Positions 8,095 through 16,627 of a stretch of DNA of 64,000 nucleotides are shown piece by piece. Numbering within the stretch: the stretch's first letter is position 1; every line of letters begins with the position of its first letter. Origin of the DNA: a virus; IMG/VR virus record IMGVR_UViG_3300037524_000649. The stretch is one strand, 5' to 3'. A model generated the notes under the pieces. The model saw only the letters and a list, made by a program, of their open reading frames with translations, searched no databases and was not told where the DNA came from. The translations under genes and the position numbers were made by a program.

Positions 8095-8243
8095 TCGACA
8101 ACGTAGCTAAGGGCACGACGGGGTTGGGGCGCGGGGCCCAGTCGGCGAGGTAAGCGATTGGCACTTCGGGCGGTGCGAAGTGAGTAGGAACGGGGCTACG
8201 TGAAAAGCACTGGGGTAGAGGAACAGTTGAAGTGGAAGTAGCA

Positions 8244-8263
8244 AAAAATTTTGCAAAATTTTT
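8244..8263. repeat. perfect 20-bp AT-rich palindrome AAAAATTTTGCAAAATTTTT upstream of terS
   Basis: Read directly from the sequence. Confidence 0.85.
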
Positions 8264-8275
8264 CTGGGTACCGTT

Positions 8276-8302
8276 GCAGCCCCATGCGTTGATAGAGAAA
8301 GT
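8276..8302 (+). promoter_or_regulatory. GCAGCCCC-box promoter (box-N13-GAAAGT); predicted +1 is the A of the terS ATG (leaderless)
   Basis: The -10 T at 8302 places +1 at 8309. There is no SD upstream of the ATG. Confidence 0.65.
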
Positions 8303-8308
8303 GCCGGT

Positions 8309-9082
8309 ATGGCAAAACCACCGAAGGCCCCTCCGGTCCAGGGCTCGCAGCTCGCGTTCAACGACGCCAAGCAGACCACTGCCGACTGCTTCGCAAACAT
8401 GACCGAGAAGCAGCGGCTCTATTGCGAAGCCCGACTAACCGGGCTCGTCCCACTGCGCGCCGCACTGCGTGCCGGGCTCGCGGACCCGGAAGTTAATGCC
8501 TACCGGATGGAGCGCCACCCGAAGGTGCAAGCGGCGCTCGCGGCAGCCCGGCGCATGGTCGTCGAGAAGTTCGACGTATCCCGCGAGGACGTGCTCCGAG
8601 GCATGTTCGACGCCGTTCAGGCGAGTGGGAACGCTACCGAGCTGGTAGCCGCGTGGCGTGAGATTGGCCGAATCGTTGGTGCCTACGAGGCCCTCAAGGT
8701 CGACGTGATGCACCGCATCGAGGACGTGACCCTCGACAAGCTCCAGGCGCTGTCTACTAAGGAGTTGATCGAGCTGTCGGCCGGGAAGGACTTCATCGTC
8801 GAGGCTGAGGACGACGCCTATGGCGATGAGTACGACAAGATCCGCGAGGCCCTTGGCAGACCGGCCTACCCACGCAAGCCCAGGAAGAATGATGGCGACG
8901 ACGGACGAGACGGAGACGACGGAGACGACGGAGACGCCGACGGATACGACGACGACGACGGAATCGACCCGGCCGACTATCCGAGCGAACCCGCAGAAAG
9001 GGGAGTGGAAGTACACGGAGGACCATGTCCCGACCCCGAAGACGTGCCGGGTGTGCGGGACGACCTACCCGCGGTCGGGTAA
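8309..9082 (+). CDS. terS: terminase small subunit with acidic DGDDG tail
   Basis: N-terminal HTH-like segment (TEKQRLYCEARLTG...AALRAG), positioned before terL. Confidence 0.8.
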   Translation: MAKPPKAPPVQGSQLAFNDAKQTTADCFANMTEKQRLYCEARLTGLVPLRAALRAGLADPEVNAYRMERHPKVQAALAAARRMVVEKFDVSREDVLRGMFDAVQASGNATELVAAWREIGRIVGAYEALKVDVMHRIEDVTLDKLQALSTKELIELSAGKDFIVEAEDDAYGDEYDKIREALGRPAYPRKPRKNDGDDGRDGDDGDDGDADGYDDDDGIDPADYPSEPAERGVEVHGGPCPDPEDVPGVRDDLPAVG

Positions 9083-11834
9083 GCCGTACTTCAATGGCGG
9101 CCGTATGGCGGTGTGCAACACCTGCGTCTCCGCGCGCTCTGGGGACGTCATGGCAGCCAAGCTGGAAGAGCGTCGGATCAAGAAGCTGGCCTCCGAAGAG
9201 CGCAAGAAGCTGAAGCAGGAAGCCCGGCTGCAGCGCAAGCGCGACCTCCGCAAGCGCAAGGTGCGCGAGGCGGAGAAGGCAAAGGAGGTTGCGAAGGAAG
9301 ACCGCCGTGCTTCGTTCCAAGTGGCTCGTGGCCGGCGCCGGGTGAATCTCGTAAAGCGCGAGTTGGCGGCGCGGACGTTGGCGCAGCGGCATCTCATGGC
9401 GTTCGTGATGCGACAGCACCGCGGCTACCAGGCCGGGCTGTTCCACCGCGACGTGTGCCGCCGGCTGGACAAGTTCGCCAAGGACGTGATCGCCGGCAAG
9501 AGCCCGCGGCTGATCCTCCAGGCGCCGCCACGCCACGGCAAACAGATCGCGGACGACACCCCGGTGCTGACCACAAAGGGGTGGACCACGCACGGAGCGC
9601 TGCGTACTGGGGACGAGGTGTTTGGCCCCGATGGCGTGCCCACGCAAGTCGTGGCCGTGGGCGAGCCAGCCCTCCAGAACTGCGAAGTGGAGTTCACGGA
9701 CGGGTCGGTTGTCCGTACCCACGAGAACCACGAGTGGACGGTCTACGATCGGTGTGGAGATTCGGGGTGGAGGACCGTCGAGACCAAATACCTGGAGCAG
9801 CGGACCCTGTGGTCGGGGCCGCGCGGCAAACGGGGCGGCAGGGCCGCCCTGCAGTTGCCACACGTTCACGCCCTTCAGTTGCCCGAGGCCGCCCTGCCGC
9901 TGGATCCCTACGTGCTCGGAGTTTGGCTCGGCGACGGGCGCTCCTGCAACGCCGACTTTTGCTGGCACGCCGACGACGCAGCCGTGGCCGTGGCGGTCAA
10001 CGAGGCGCAGCCGATAACTCGGCGCTGGGTACATCGCACCACGGGCGTGAACTACGGGTTCATGGCGGGGGTAAAGCCCATTTTGCGGCGGCTGGGGGTG
10101 CTGAACGCCAAGCACGTTCCGGCAGAGTACGAGCTGTCGAGCATCGAGCAGCGGTTGGCGCTTCTCGCTGGCCTGATCGATACCGACGGGCACGTAGAGC
10201 TTGGTACTCAGCGCGTGCGCATAGCGACCGTCAGCGACGTGCTGGCCAGCGGGATCGAGCGCCTGGTCCGCAGTCTCGGGTGGCGAGCCAACCGTTACAC
10301 GCAGCAGCCGGCGCTGTCGACCAGTGGCGTGCAGGGGCGGCATCCGGTGCACTACGTGTCATTTACGCCAGATCGCGCCATACCGACACGCCTGCCGCGC
10401 AAGCGCATCGTTGCCCGTGAGAGTTCACAGCGTCGCCTCGGCATCGCGGCGGTGCGCCGCGGTGCGCCGGCCATCGGTCGGTGCATTCAGGTCGCGCGCG
10501 CAGACGGGCTGTATCTGGTGGGGGAGCAGCTGATACCCACCCACAACTCGCTCCTGGCAAGCGTGTACTTTCCGGCGTGGTTCCTCGGCAACAACCCCGA
10601 CAAGGAGATCATCGCCACCAGTTACTCCGGCTCGCTGGCCCTGACGTTCAGCCGCAAGGTGCGCGAGCTGCTGCGCGAGCAGACGTATCAGGCGGTCTTC
10701 CCGCGCGCCGTACTGGACAAGGACAACCAGAACGCCGAGGGGTGGATGACGACCCGCAAGGGCGGGTACGTGCCGGCAGGTGTCGGCGGCGCCATCACCG
10801 GCAAGGGCGCCCACATCCTGGTGATCGACGACCCGCTGAAGAACGCCGAGGACGCGTCCTCGACGCTGATCAAGGACAGCATCTGGGAGTGGTACACGTC
10901 GACCGCGTACACGCGCTTGGCACCGGGTGGCGGGGTCATCGTCATTGCGACCCGGTGGGCTGAGGACGACCTCTCCGGTCGGCTCGAAGCACTGAGCGAG
11001 AGTGGCGAGGGGGACAAGTTCCAGATCATTAGATACCCCGCCATCGCCACCGAGGACGAGCCGTACCGCAAGGCTGGCGAGGCGCTGCACCCCGAGCGCT
11101 ACTCCGTCGAGCAGCTGCGCAAGATCGAGCGGGCCGTCGGCCCGTCGGTGTGGCAGGCGCTGTACCAGCAGCAGCCCATGCCCGACACGGGCAGCTACTT
11201 CACCAGGGACATGTTCCGCTGGTACACGGGCGCGGCGCCCGGCCGGCTGGCCGTCTACGCCGGGTGGGACCTGGCAATCGGCAAGGGGGACCGCAACGAC
11301 TTCACGGCCGGTGTGGTGGTCGGCATCGACCAGGACGACGGCATGTGGGTGCTCGACGTGCGGCACGGGCGGTGGGACAGCTTCGAGATCGTGGAGCAGA
11401 TGCTGGACGTCCAGCGCGTGTGGAAGCCCGAGGTCCACGGCATCGAGAAGAGTCAGGTGTCCATGGCCATCGGCCCGTACCTTGAGCAGCGCATGTACGA
11501 GGACAAGGCGTATGAGATGGTGGTGCGAGACTTGCCTCCGGGCCGTCGTGACAAGGAGCTGCGGGCACGCGCGATCCAGGGTCGCATGCGCCAGGGTCGT
11601 GTGCAGTTCCCCAAGGACAAGCACTGGGCCGACGGGATCTACGCTGAGATGCTCAAGTTCCCCAACGGGGCACACGACGACCGTGTCGATGCACTGGCTT
11701 GGATCGGACTGATGCTCCAGGAGATGAACGTGCCGCTGGAGCCGCGCGAGCCGGAGTACGCCAAGGGCTCGTGGAAAGAGAAGCTGGAGAAGCTCGTCAA
11801 CAACCCAACCAAGCGCGGCTCGATGGCCGCGTAG
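8892..11834 (+). CDS. terL: terminase large subunit precursor with intein and an N-terminal CxxC..CxxC extension
   Basis: Walker A PPRHGK|S split by the intein, Walker B LVIDD, RNase H-like nuclease (GWDLA, HDDRVDA). Start is uncertain (8820, 8889, 8892 or later). Confidence 0.92.
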   Translation: MATTDETETTETTETPTDTTTTTESTRPTIRANPQKGEWKYTEDHVPTPKTCRVCGTTYPRSGKPYFNGGRMAVCNTCVSARSGDVMAAKLEERRIKKLASEERKKLKQEARLQRKRDLRKRKVREAEKAKEVAKEDRRASFQVARGRRRVNLVKRELAARTLAQRHLMAFVMRQHRGYQAGLFHRDVCRRLDKFAKDVIAGKSPRLILQAPPRHGKQIADDTPVLTTKGWTTHGALRTGDEVFGPDGVPTQVVAVGEPALQNCEVEFTDGSVVRTHENHEWTVYDRCGDSGWRTVETKYLEQRTLWSGPRGKRGGRAALQLPHVHALQLPEAALPLDPYVLGVWLGDGRSCNADFCWHADDAAVAVAVNEAQPITRRWVHRTTGVNYGFMAGVKPILRRLGVLNAKHVPAEYELSSIEQRLALLAGLIDTDGHVELGTQRVRIATVSDVLASGIERLVRSLGWRANRYTQQPALSTSGVQGRHPVHYVSFTPDRAIPTRLPRKRIVARESSQRRLGIAAVRRGAPAIGRCIQVARADGLYLVGEQLIPTHNSLLASVYFPAWFLGNNPDKEIIATSYSGSLALTFSRKVRELLREQTYQAVFPRAVLDKDNQNAEGWMTTRKGGYVPAGVGGAITGKGAHILVIDDPLKNAEDASSTLIKDSIWEWYTSTAYTRLAPGGGVIVIATRWAEDDLSGRLEALSESGEGDKFQIIRYPAIATEDEPYRKAGEALHPERYSVEQLRKIERAVGPSVWQALYQQQPMPDTGSYFTRDMFRWYTGAAPGRLAVYAGWDLAIGKGDRNDFTAGVVVGIDQDDGMWVLDVRHGRWDSFEIVEQMLDVQRVWKPEVHGIEKSQVSMAIGPYLEQRMYEDKAYEMVVRDLPPGRRDKELRARAIQGRMRQGRVQFPKDKHWADGIYAEMLKFPNGAHDDRVDALAWIGLMLQEMNVPLEPREPEYAKGSWKEKLEKLVNNPTKRGSMAA
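9543..10547 (+). mobile_element. class 3 intein (Gln1, WCT motif) with LAGLIDADG homing endonuclease, 335 aa
   Basis: Starts QIADDTPV and ends IPTHN|S. Block B THENHEW, block F GRCIQV, LAGLIDADG motifs VLGVWLGDG and LLAGLIDTDG. Confidence 0.92.
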
Positions 11835-11845
11835 GAGGACGTACC

Positions 11846-12082
11846 GTGTGTGAGATCACTGGTGGACCGATGCAAGTCTGCGCTGTGCCCGACGTCGTGT
11901 CGTATGGCTGCGTCGGCGACTGCGGCTGCTCCGGCTGCGACCTGTTGCTGATGCTCTGGGCGCTCCTCATGCTTCTCCTCGTACTGGGTACTGCGCTCTC
12001 AGTACTCAGTGCGTCGCGCCGAGTGTCGCGTGTCGAGCGTCGTCTCGATCGCCACGTCACCCGGTACGTGGACAAGGGGTAG
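11846..12082 (+). CDS. Cys-rich single-pass membrane protein
   Basis: AGGAGG RBS, GTG start and hydrophobic segment. Confidence 0.55.
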   Translation: MCEITGGPMQVCAVPDVVSYGCVGDCGCSGCDLLLMLWALLMLLLVLGTALSVLSASRRVSRVERRLDRHVTRYVDKG

Positions 12083-12095
12083 GAACGAGATTCCC

Positions 12096-12209
12096 ATGGA
12101 CTTCTACCTCCTCCCCGTCGAGCCCTGGCTGGTGCTGACCCTGTTGTGGTTTGTCGGCACGCCGCTGTTGATGGCGTTCATCTTCTATGTGTGCCGTCGC
12201 TGCGATTGA
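12096..12209 (+). CDS. 37-aa membrane protein
   Basis: Hydrophobic ORF with a start just after the previous stop. Confidence 0.5.
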   Translation: MDFYLLPVEPWLVLTLLWFVGTPLLMAFIFYVCRRCD

Positions 12210-12210
12210 T

Positions 12211-12237
12211 GCAGCCCCGGCAAACACCACAGAGAAT
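12211..12237 (+). promoter_or_regulatory. GCAGCCCC-box promoter (box-N13-GAGAAT); predicted +1 is the ATG at 12244 (leaderless)
   Basis: Intergenic, with canonical -7 to +1 spacing onto the ATG. Confidence 0.65.
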
Positions 12238-12243
12238 CCCACG

Positions 12244-12543
12244 ATGCTCGAATACACCGAAGACAGCTTTTTCGAGGGGATGGAATTCCGTCCCTTTGTC
12301 CTCAGCGCGGAGCCAATCGCGGCCAAGCTCATGGACGAGCCGTTCATGGTGTCCAACGGCGACGCCTACCACGCGGCGTTCGCGGCCGGTGACTATCTGT
12401 GCATCGGCGTGGACGGCCCGTTCGGCATGGCGGCCGAGCAGTTCGTGAACCGGTACAAGCCCGCCGAGCGGTTCTATCTCAGCACCTACCGGATGTACCA
12501 CAACGGCGAGGGCGAGATCTACATGGAGCCGGTGGACGACTGA
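12244..12543 (+). CDS. hypothetical protein ([10 protein letters not shown]...)
   Basis: Strong codon bias within ORF 12187..12543. Confidence 0.7.
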   Translation: MLEYTEDSFFEGMEFRPFVLSAEPIAAKLMDEPFMVSNGDAYHAAFAAGDYLCIGVDGPFGMAAEQFVNRYKPAERFYLSTYRMYHNGEGEIYMEPVDD

Positions 12544-12644
12544 TGAACGACTTCGACCCGGATCCCTTCTACGACTGCCTGGTCATGGCGGTGGGCGCGT
12601 TCCTGATCGCGTTCCTCCTCGCCCATGCCGTCCATTCCCTGTGA
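12543..12644 (+). CDS. 33-aa membrane protein
   Basis: TGATG coupling and hydrophobic sequence. Confidence 0.55.
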   Translation: MNDFDPDPFYDCLVMAVGAFLIAFLLAHAVHSL

Positions 12645-12658
12645 CGCAGCGGAGTCCC

Positions 12659-13123
12659 ATGAGCTACAAGTACAACGCTACCCTGCCCCTGGCCATCAAG
12701 CGGCTGCCCAACGCGGCCGACATCGACGTGCCGGTGTACGCCACGGACGGCGCTGCCGGCTTCGACCTGAGTGCTGCGCTCGACGCGCCGATCCAGTTGT
12801 TCCCCGGTGATCGTGCCTTGGTGCCGACGGGCTTCGCCTTCGCGGTGCCGCCTGGGTACGAGGTGCAGATCCGGCCGCGGAGCGGCGCAGCGCTGCATCG
12901 GGGGCTTACCGTCCTCAATACCCCGGGCACGATCGATAGCGACTACCGCGGCGAGGTCAAGGTGCTGCTGTTCAACGCCGGCTTCGACGCGATCGAGGTG
13001 ACGACCGGGGATCGCATAGCGCAAGGCGTCCTGTGCCCAGTACTCAGGGCTAGGTTCGAGGTCGTGCCGGATCTCAACGAGACGGCGCGTGGTGATGGCG
13101 GGTTCGGCAGCACTGGAGCGTGA
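12659..13123 (+). CDS. dut: trimeric dUTPase
   Basis: Motifs [27 protein letters not shown] and [10 protein letters not shown]. Confidence 0.96.
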   Translation: MSYKYNATLPLAIKRLPNAADIDVPVYATDGAAGFDLSAALDAPIQLFPGDRALVPTGFAFAVPPGYEVQIRPRSGAALHRGLTVLNTPGTIDSDYRGEVKVLLFNAGFDAIEVTTGDRIAQGVLCPVLRARFEVVPDLNETARGDGGFGSTGA

Positions 13124-15390
13124 TGGATATGGCCACGGACGGCGTCGCGAGCAAGGATCAGGTCGCTCAGGACAACTGGGACTCCTATGTAAAGGACCGC
13201 GACGCCGGGCATTCCGACTACGTTGAGGAGGCGGAGAAGTACGACCGCTTCTACGTCGGCGGCGGTGGCCAGTGGGAGGAGGACGTCCGGCAGAAGCTGG
13301 AGGCCGAGGGGCGACCGGTGCTTGAGATCAACATGATCCTGAGCACGGTCAACGCCATGCTCGGCGAGCACTCGACGCAGCGCGGCGAGATCATCTACAA
13401 GCCGCGCGTCGACGCGTCCGAGGAGACGGCGGCGGCGCTCACGCAAGTCGCCATGTACGTGCAGGACGACAACCGGTACGAGTTCGTCGAGCACCAGCTG
13501 GTGGCCGACGGGCTGATCCAGGACCGCGGCTATCTCGACGTTCGGGTCAACTTTGACAACAACCTGCTGGGCGAGATCGAGATCACGGTCAAGGACCCGA
13601 CGCAGATCGTGCTCGACGCAGATGCGAAGGACTACGACCCCAAGACGTGGAACCGGGTCACTGAGACACGGTGGCTGACGCTCGACGAGGTGGAGATTCA
13701 GTACGGCAAGGAGGCGCGCAAGGAGGTCGAGTCGCGGTCGTACGGCGGCGCAGCCACGTACGGGGCGGACAGTGTCAAGTACGAAGGACGCGGTACGACG
13801 TTCGGTACGACGGGCGCGCCGGTCGACGACACCTCGCCGAGCAGCGGCGCGGTCAAGTACGCACGCCTGATCGAGCGGCAGTGGTACAAGCTCGGGTGGC
13901 AGAACTTCTTCGTCGACAACGCGACGGGCGACCAGCGGGCGGTTGACGACGAGCTGGACAAGACGCGCATGGAGGCCCTGGCGCAGGCGCTCAACCTGAG
14001 CATCGTGCGCCGGCTGACGCGCCGCGTGCGCTGGACCGTGTCGATCGACAACTACGTCGTCTCGGACGACTGGTCGCCGTACCGCACGTTCACCATCATC
14101 CCGTTCTTCCCGTATTTCCGCCGCGGGCGCCCGTTCGGCGTCGTGCGCAACCTCGTGTCGCCCCAGGAGCAGCTGAACAAGATCGAGAGCCAGAGCCTGC
14201 ACGTCGTGAACACCACGGCGAACAGCGGCTGGGTCGTCGAGTCGGGCTCGCTGCAGAACATGACGACGGAGGAGCTGGAGTCGCGCGGGGCCGAGACCGG
14301 CCTCGTGCTGGTGTTCCGCAGCGGCAAGCTGCCGCCGCAGAAGATCCCGCCCAACCAGATCCCCAGCGGGCTGGACAACGCGGCGATGAAGAGCGCGCTG
14401 CACATCAAGACCATCAGCGGCGTCAACGACTCGATGCTCGGGACCGACAAGGCCGAGGTGAGCGGCGTCGCCATGGACCGCAAGCTGAGCCGCGGGTCGA
14501 CGCAGCTCCAGGTGCCGTTCACCCACCTGGGGCTCACGCGCCAGCTGCTGGGCGAGAAGCTGCTGGAGCTGATCCGCGAGTTCTACACGGAGGAGCGCAT
14601 CTTCCGCGTGATCGACTACAAGGACCCGCAGCAGCGCGAGGTGCCCGTGGCGATCAACCAGCCGCAGCCGGACGGGTCCATTCTTAATGATGTGACCGTC
14701 GGCACGTACCGGGTCGTCGTCAGCGTGGCTCCGCCGCGCGACAACTTCATGGAGACGCAGTTCGCCGAGGCGCTGCAGATGCGCGAGGTGGGCGTCTACA
14801 TCCCGGATGACGTGGTGATCAGTAACTCGCACCTGGCACGCAAGAACGACGTCGCGCAGCGCGTGCGCGAGATGCAGGGCATGGGCGACCCGACGCCCGA
14901 GCAGATGCAGATGCAGCAGATGCAGCAGGAGATCATGGTCCGCATGGCCATGGCCGAGCTGAGTCAGCTGGAGGCCAAGTCGTCCAATCTGCAGTCGCAG
15001 GCCATGCTCAACCAGGCCAAGGCAGGCCAGGTGGCGTCCGACACCGAGGTCGGCATGCAGGAGCTGCAGGCCGACATGATGCTGGAGATCCAGAAGCTCA
15101 AGCAGAAGTGGGCTGAGAAGCTGCTGGACCTTGAGTCGAAGATGCAGCTGGCGAACGTGCACACCGACGCCAAGATGCAGCAGGTGATGTACCAGAACAC
15201 CGGTCAACGGTTCATGGAGGAACTGTCCCGGAAGCACGAGGACCGGCAATCGGCCTTCGATGCCATGGTCAAGATGGCGTTGGAGAGGGAAAAGGGTACG
15301 CAGAAGGCCCGTTCTGACGCCATGGCGCTGATGAAAGAGGCCAACAAGGCCACCAACACGGCGAAAAACCCGAAGAAAACGTCGAAGTGA
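13120..15390 (+). CDS. portal protein (P22-like)
   Basis: 756 aa, located between terminase and scaffold. Motifs [16 protein letters not shown] and SGVND. C-terminal Q/M-rich coiled coil. Confidence 0.88.
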   Translation: MMDMATDGVASKDQVAQDNWDSYVKDRDAGHSDYVEEAEKYDRFYVGGGGQWEEDVRQKLEAEGRPVLEINMILSTVNAMLGEHSTQRGEIIYKPRVDASEETAAALTQVAMYVQDDNRYEFVEHQLVADGLIQDRGYLDVRVNFDNNLLGEIEITVKDPTQIVLDADAKDYDPKTWNRVTETRWLTLDEVEIQYGKEARKEVESRSYGGAATYGADSVKYEGRGTTFGTTGAPVDDTSPSSGAVKYARLIERQWYKLGWQNFFVDNATGDQRAVDDELDKTRMEALAQALNLSIVRRLTRRVRWTVSIDNYVVSDDWSPYRTFTIIPFFPYFRRGRPFGVVRNLVSPQEQLNKIESQSLHVVNTTANSGWVVESGSLQNMTTEELESRGAETGLVLVFRSGKLPPQKIPPNQIPSGLDNAAMKSALHIKTISGVNDSMLGTDKAEVSGVAMDRKLSRGSTQLQVPFTHLGLTRQLLGEKLLELIREFYTEERIFRVIDYKDPQQREVPVAINQPQPDGSILNDVTVGTYRVVVSVAPPRDNFMETQFAEALQMREVGVYIPDDVVISNSHLARKNDVAQRVREMQGMGDPTPEQMQMQQMQQEIMVRMAMAELSQLEAKSSNLQSQAMLNQAKAGQVASDTEVGMQELQADMMLEIQKLKQKWAEKLLDLESKMQLANVHTDAKMQQVMYQNTGQRFMEELSRKHEDRQSAFDAMVKMALEREKGTQKARSDAMALMKEANKATNTAKNPKKTSK

Positions 15391-15464
15391 CCCCCTTTAT
15401 GGCTTCGTCTCGGCCATTTCGAGACGTATAACCGCCGAAAAACGGCGAAAAACGGAGATTTTTC

Positions 15465-16403
15465 ATGCCCGATGACACCAAAACGCTCGACCCCGTGGTT
15501 TTTGCTGGCGGGGAGCCCGATCCGATCGATTCTGAGGCCGTTTCTGGCGATCGGGGCGACACATTCGTTGATCCAGAGGCTAATCAGAGTCCCGCAACCC
15601 CCGTTGTGGATCACGAGACCCCCAAAAGTGAGCCACAAGCACCTGAAACGCCGGCGGCAGAGCCCGCTGCAGCTCCCGAGCCGGAGGTTGAGGCCGCGGA
15701 GACCGAGACCGCCGAGCCGCGCATCCCGAAAAGCCGCTTCGACCAGGTAAACGAGCGTCGGAAGATCGCGGAACAGCGTGCGCGGGAGCTTGAGGAGCAG
15801 CTCGCGGCGCAGAAGCGCGCTGCGCAGCCCGCGGTGGACTTCGACTTCGACGCGGCTGAGCAGCGGTACATGGAAGCGGTCGTCGACGGCGAGTTCGACA
15901 AGGCCAAGTCGCTTCGCGCTGAGATCCGCGCAGCCGAGCGCCAGGCGGTGGCCATCGAGACCAGCCGCATGCGCGAGCAGGCGAGCGAAGCCACGCTGGC
16001 GCGCCTCGACTTCGACAAGACGGTCGCAGAACTGCAGACCATGTTCCCCGTCTACGACCCCGAGGGCAGCAGCTACGACGACGTGCTGACGTCGGAGGCG
16101 CTTGAGATCCACCAGGGTCTGATGGCGACGGGCAAGTACTCCCCGGCACAGGCGCTGCGCAAGGCAGCCGAGACGGTGGCCAAGGCCAACGGCGTCGTCC
16201 CTGCCGGCACCGCACCGAAAGCGCCAGCGCGCGAGACCAAGCCCGACTATGCGAAGAAAGCGGCTGCGGCCAACGCACAGCCGCCGAAGCAGGTGGTCGG
16301 GAGCAAGGGCGACAGCGTGCCCAACGTCCGCGACATGAGCGAAGAGGAGTTCAGTGCGCTCCCCGAGTCGACACTGCGGAAGTTGCGCGGTGATTTGATG
16401 TAG
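15465..16403 (+). CDS. capsid scaffolding protein
   Basis: Acidic and Pro-rich N-terminus, IPKSRFDQVN motif, coiled coil, position before the capsid gene. Confidence 0.8.
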   Translation: MPDDTKTLDPVVFAGGEPDPIDSEAVSGDRGDTFVDPEANQSPATPVVDHETPKSEPQAPETPAAEPAAAPEPEVEAAETETAEPRIPKSRFDQVNERRKIAEQRARELEEQLAAQKRAAQPAVDFDFDAAEQRYMEAVVDGEFDKAKSLRAEIRAAERQAVAIETSRMREQASEATLARLDFDKTVAELQTMFPVYDPEGSSYDDVLTSEALEIHQGLMATGKYSPAQALRKAAETVAKANGVVPAGTAPKAPARETKPDYAKKAAAANAQPPKQVVGSKGDSVPNVRDMSEEEFSALPESTLRKLRGDLM

Positions 16404-16432
16404 TTCGTCGCGCGAATCACGGTACTGCGTGC

Positions 16433-16452
16433 AAGGGGGCGAAAGCCCCCTT
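16433..16452 (+). terminator. hairpin AAGGGGGC-GAAA-GCCCCCTT, probable terminator
   Basis: GNRA-loop stem followed by CTTATT, after the scaffold gene. Confidence 0.6.
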
Positions 16453-16468
16453 CTTATTGGTGATAGAC

Positions 16469-16495
16469 GCAGCCCCGGAATTAAGCACATAGGAT
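16469..16495 (+). promoter_or_regulatory. GCAGCCCC-box promoter (box-N13-TAGGAT) for the capsid gene
   Basis: Intergenic. Shares CATAGGATC with the copy at 59528..59555. Confidence 0.7.
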
Positions 16496-16627
16496 CTGAA
16501 TATCGCTACCGAGAGCGGATACTCGGCGCGCCGAGCAGCGTCACGGGCTCGCAGCACACACGCCGGAGCGGCGAACAGCTCAACAGGTAATCGTTGATCT
16601 AACTGCCATCCAAGGAGGGATTACCCC

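Noticed and set aside
9113-10420. 435-aa alternate-frame ORF inside terL/intein
   Set aside because: Arg/Ala/Gly-rich out-of-frame translation of a GC-rich gene, with no motifs.
12943-15249. 768-aa antisense ORF opposite the portal gene (likewise 10425..11675, 16580..17773, 44196..46190, 5838..6752, 59801..60748)
   Set aside because: Shadow ORFs expected from strong GC3 bias on the coding strand. No RBS or recognisable motifs.
15404-15432. Sigma70 promoter TTCGTC-N17-TATAAC before the scaffold gene
   Set aside because: The -35 match is too weak (2 of 6) to call without TSS data.
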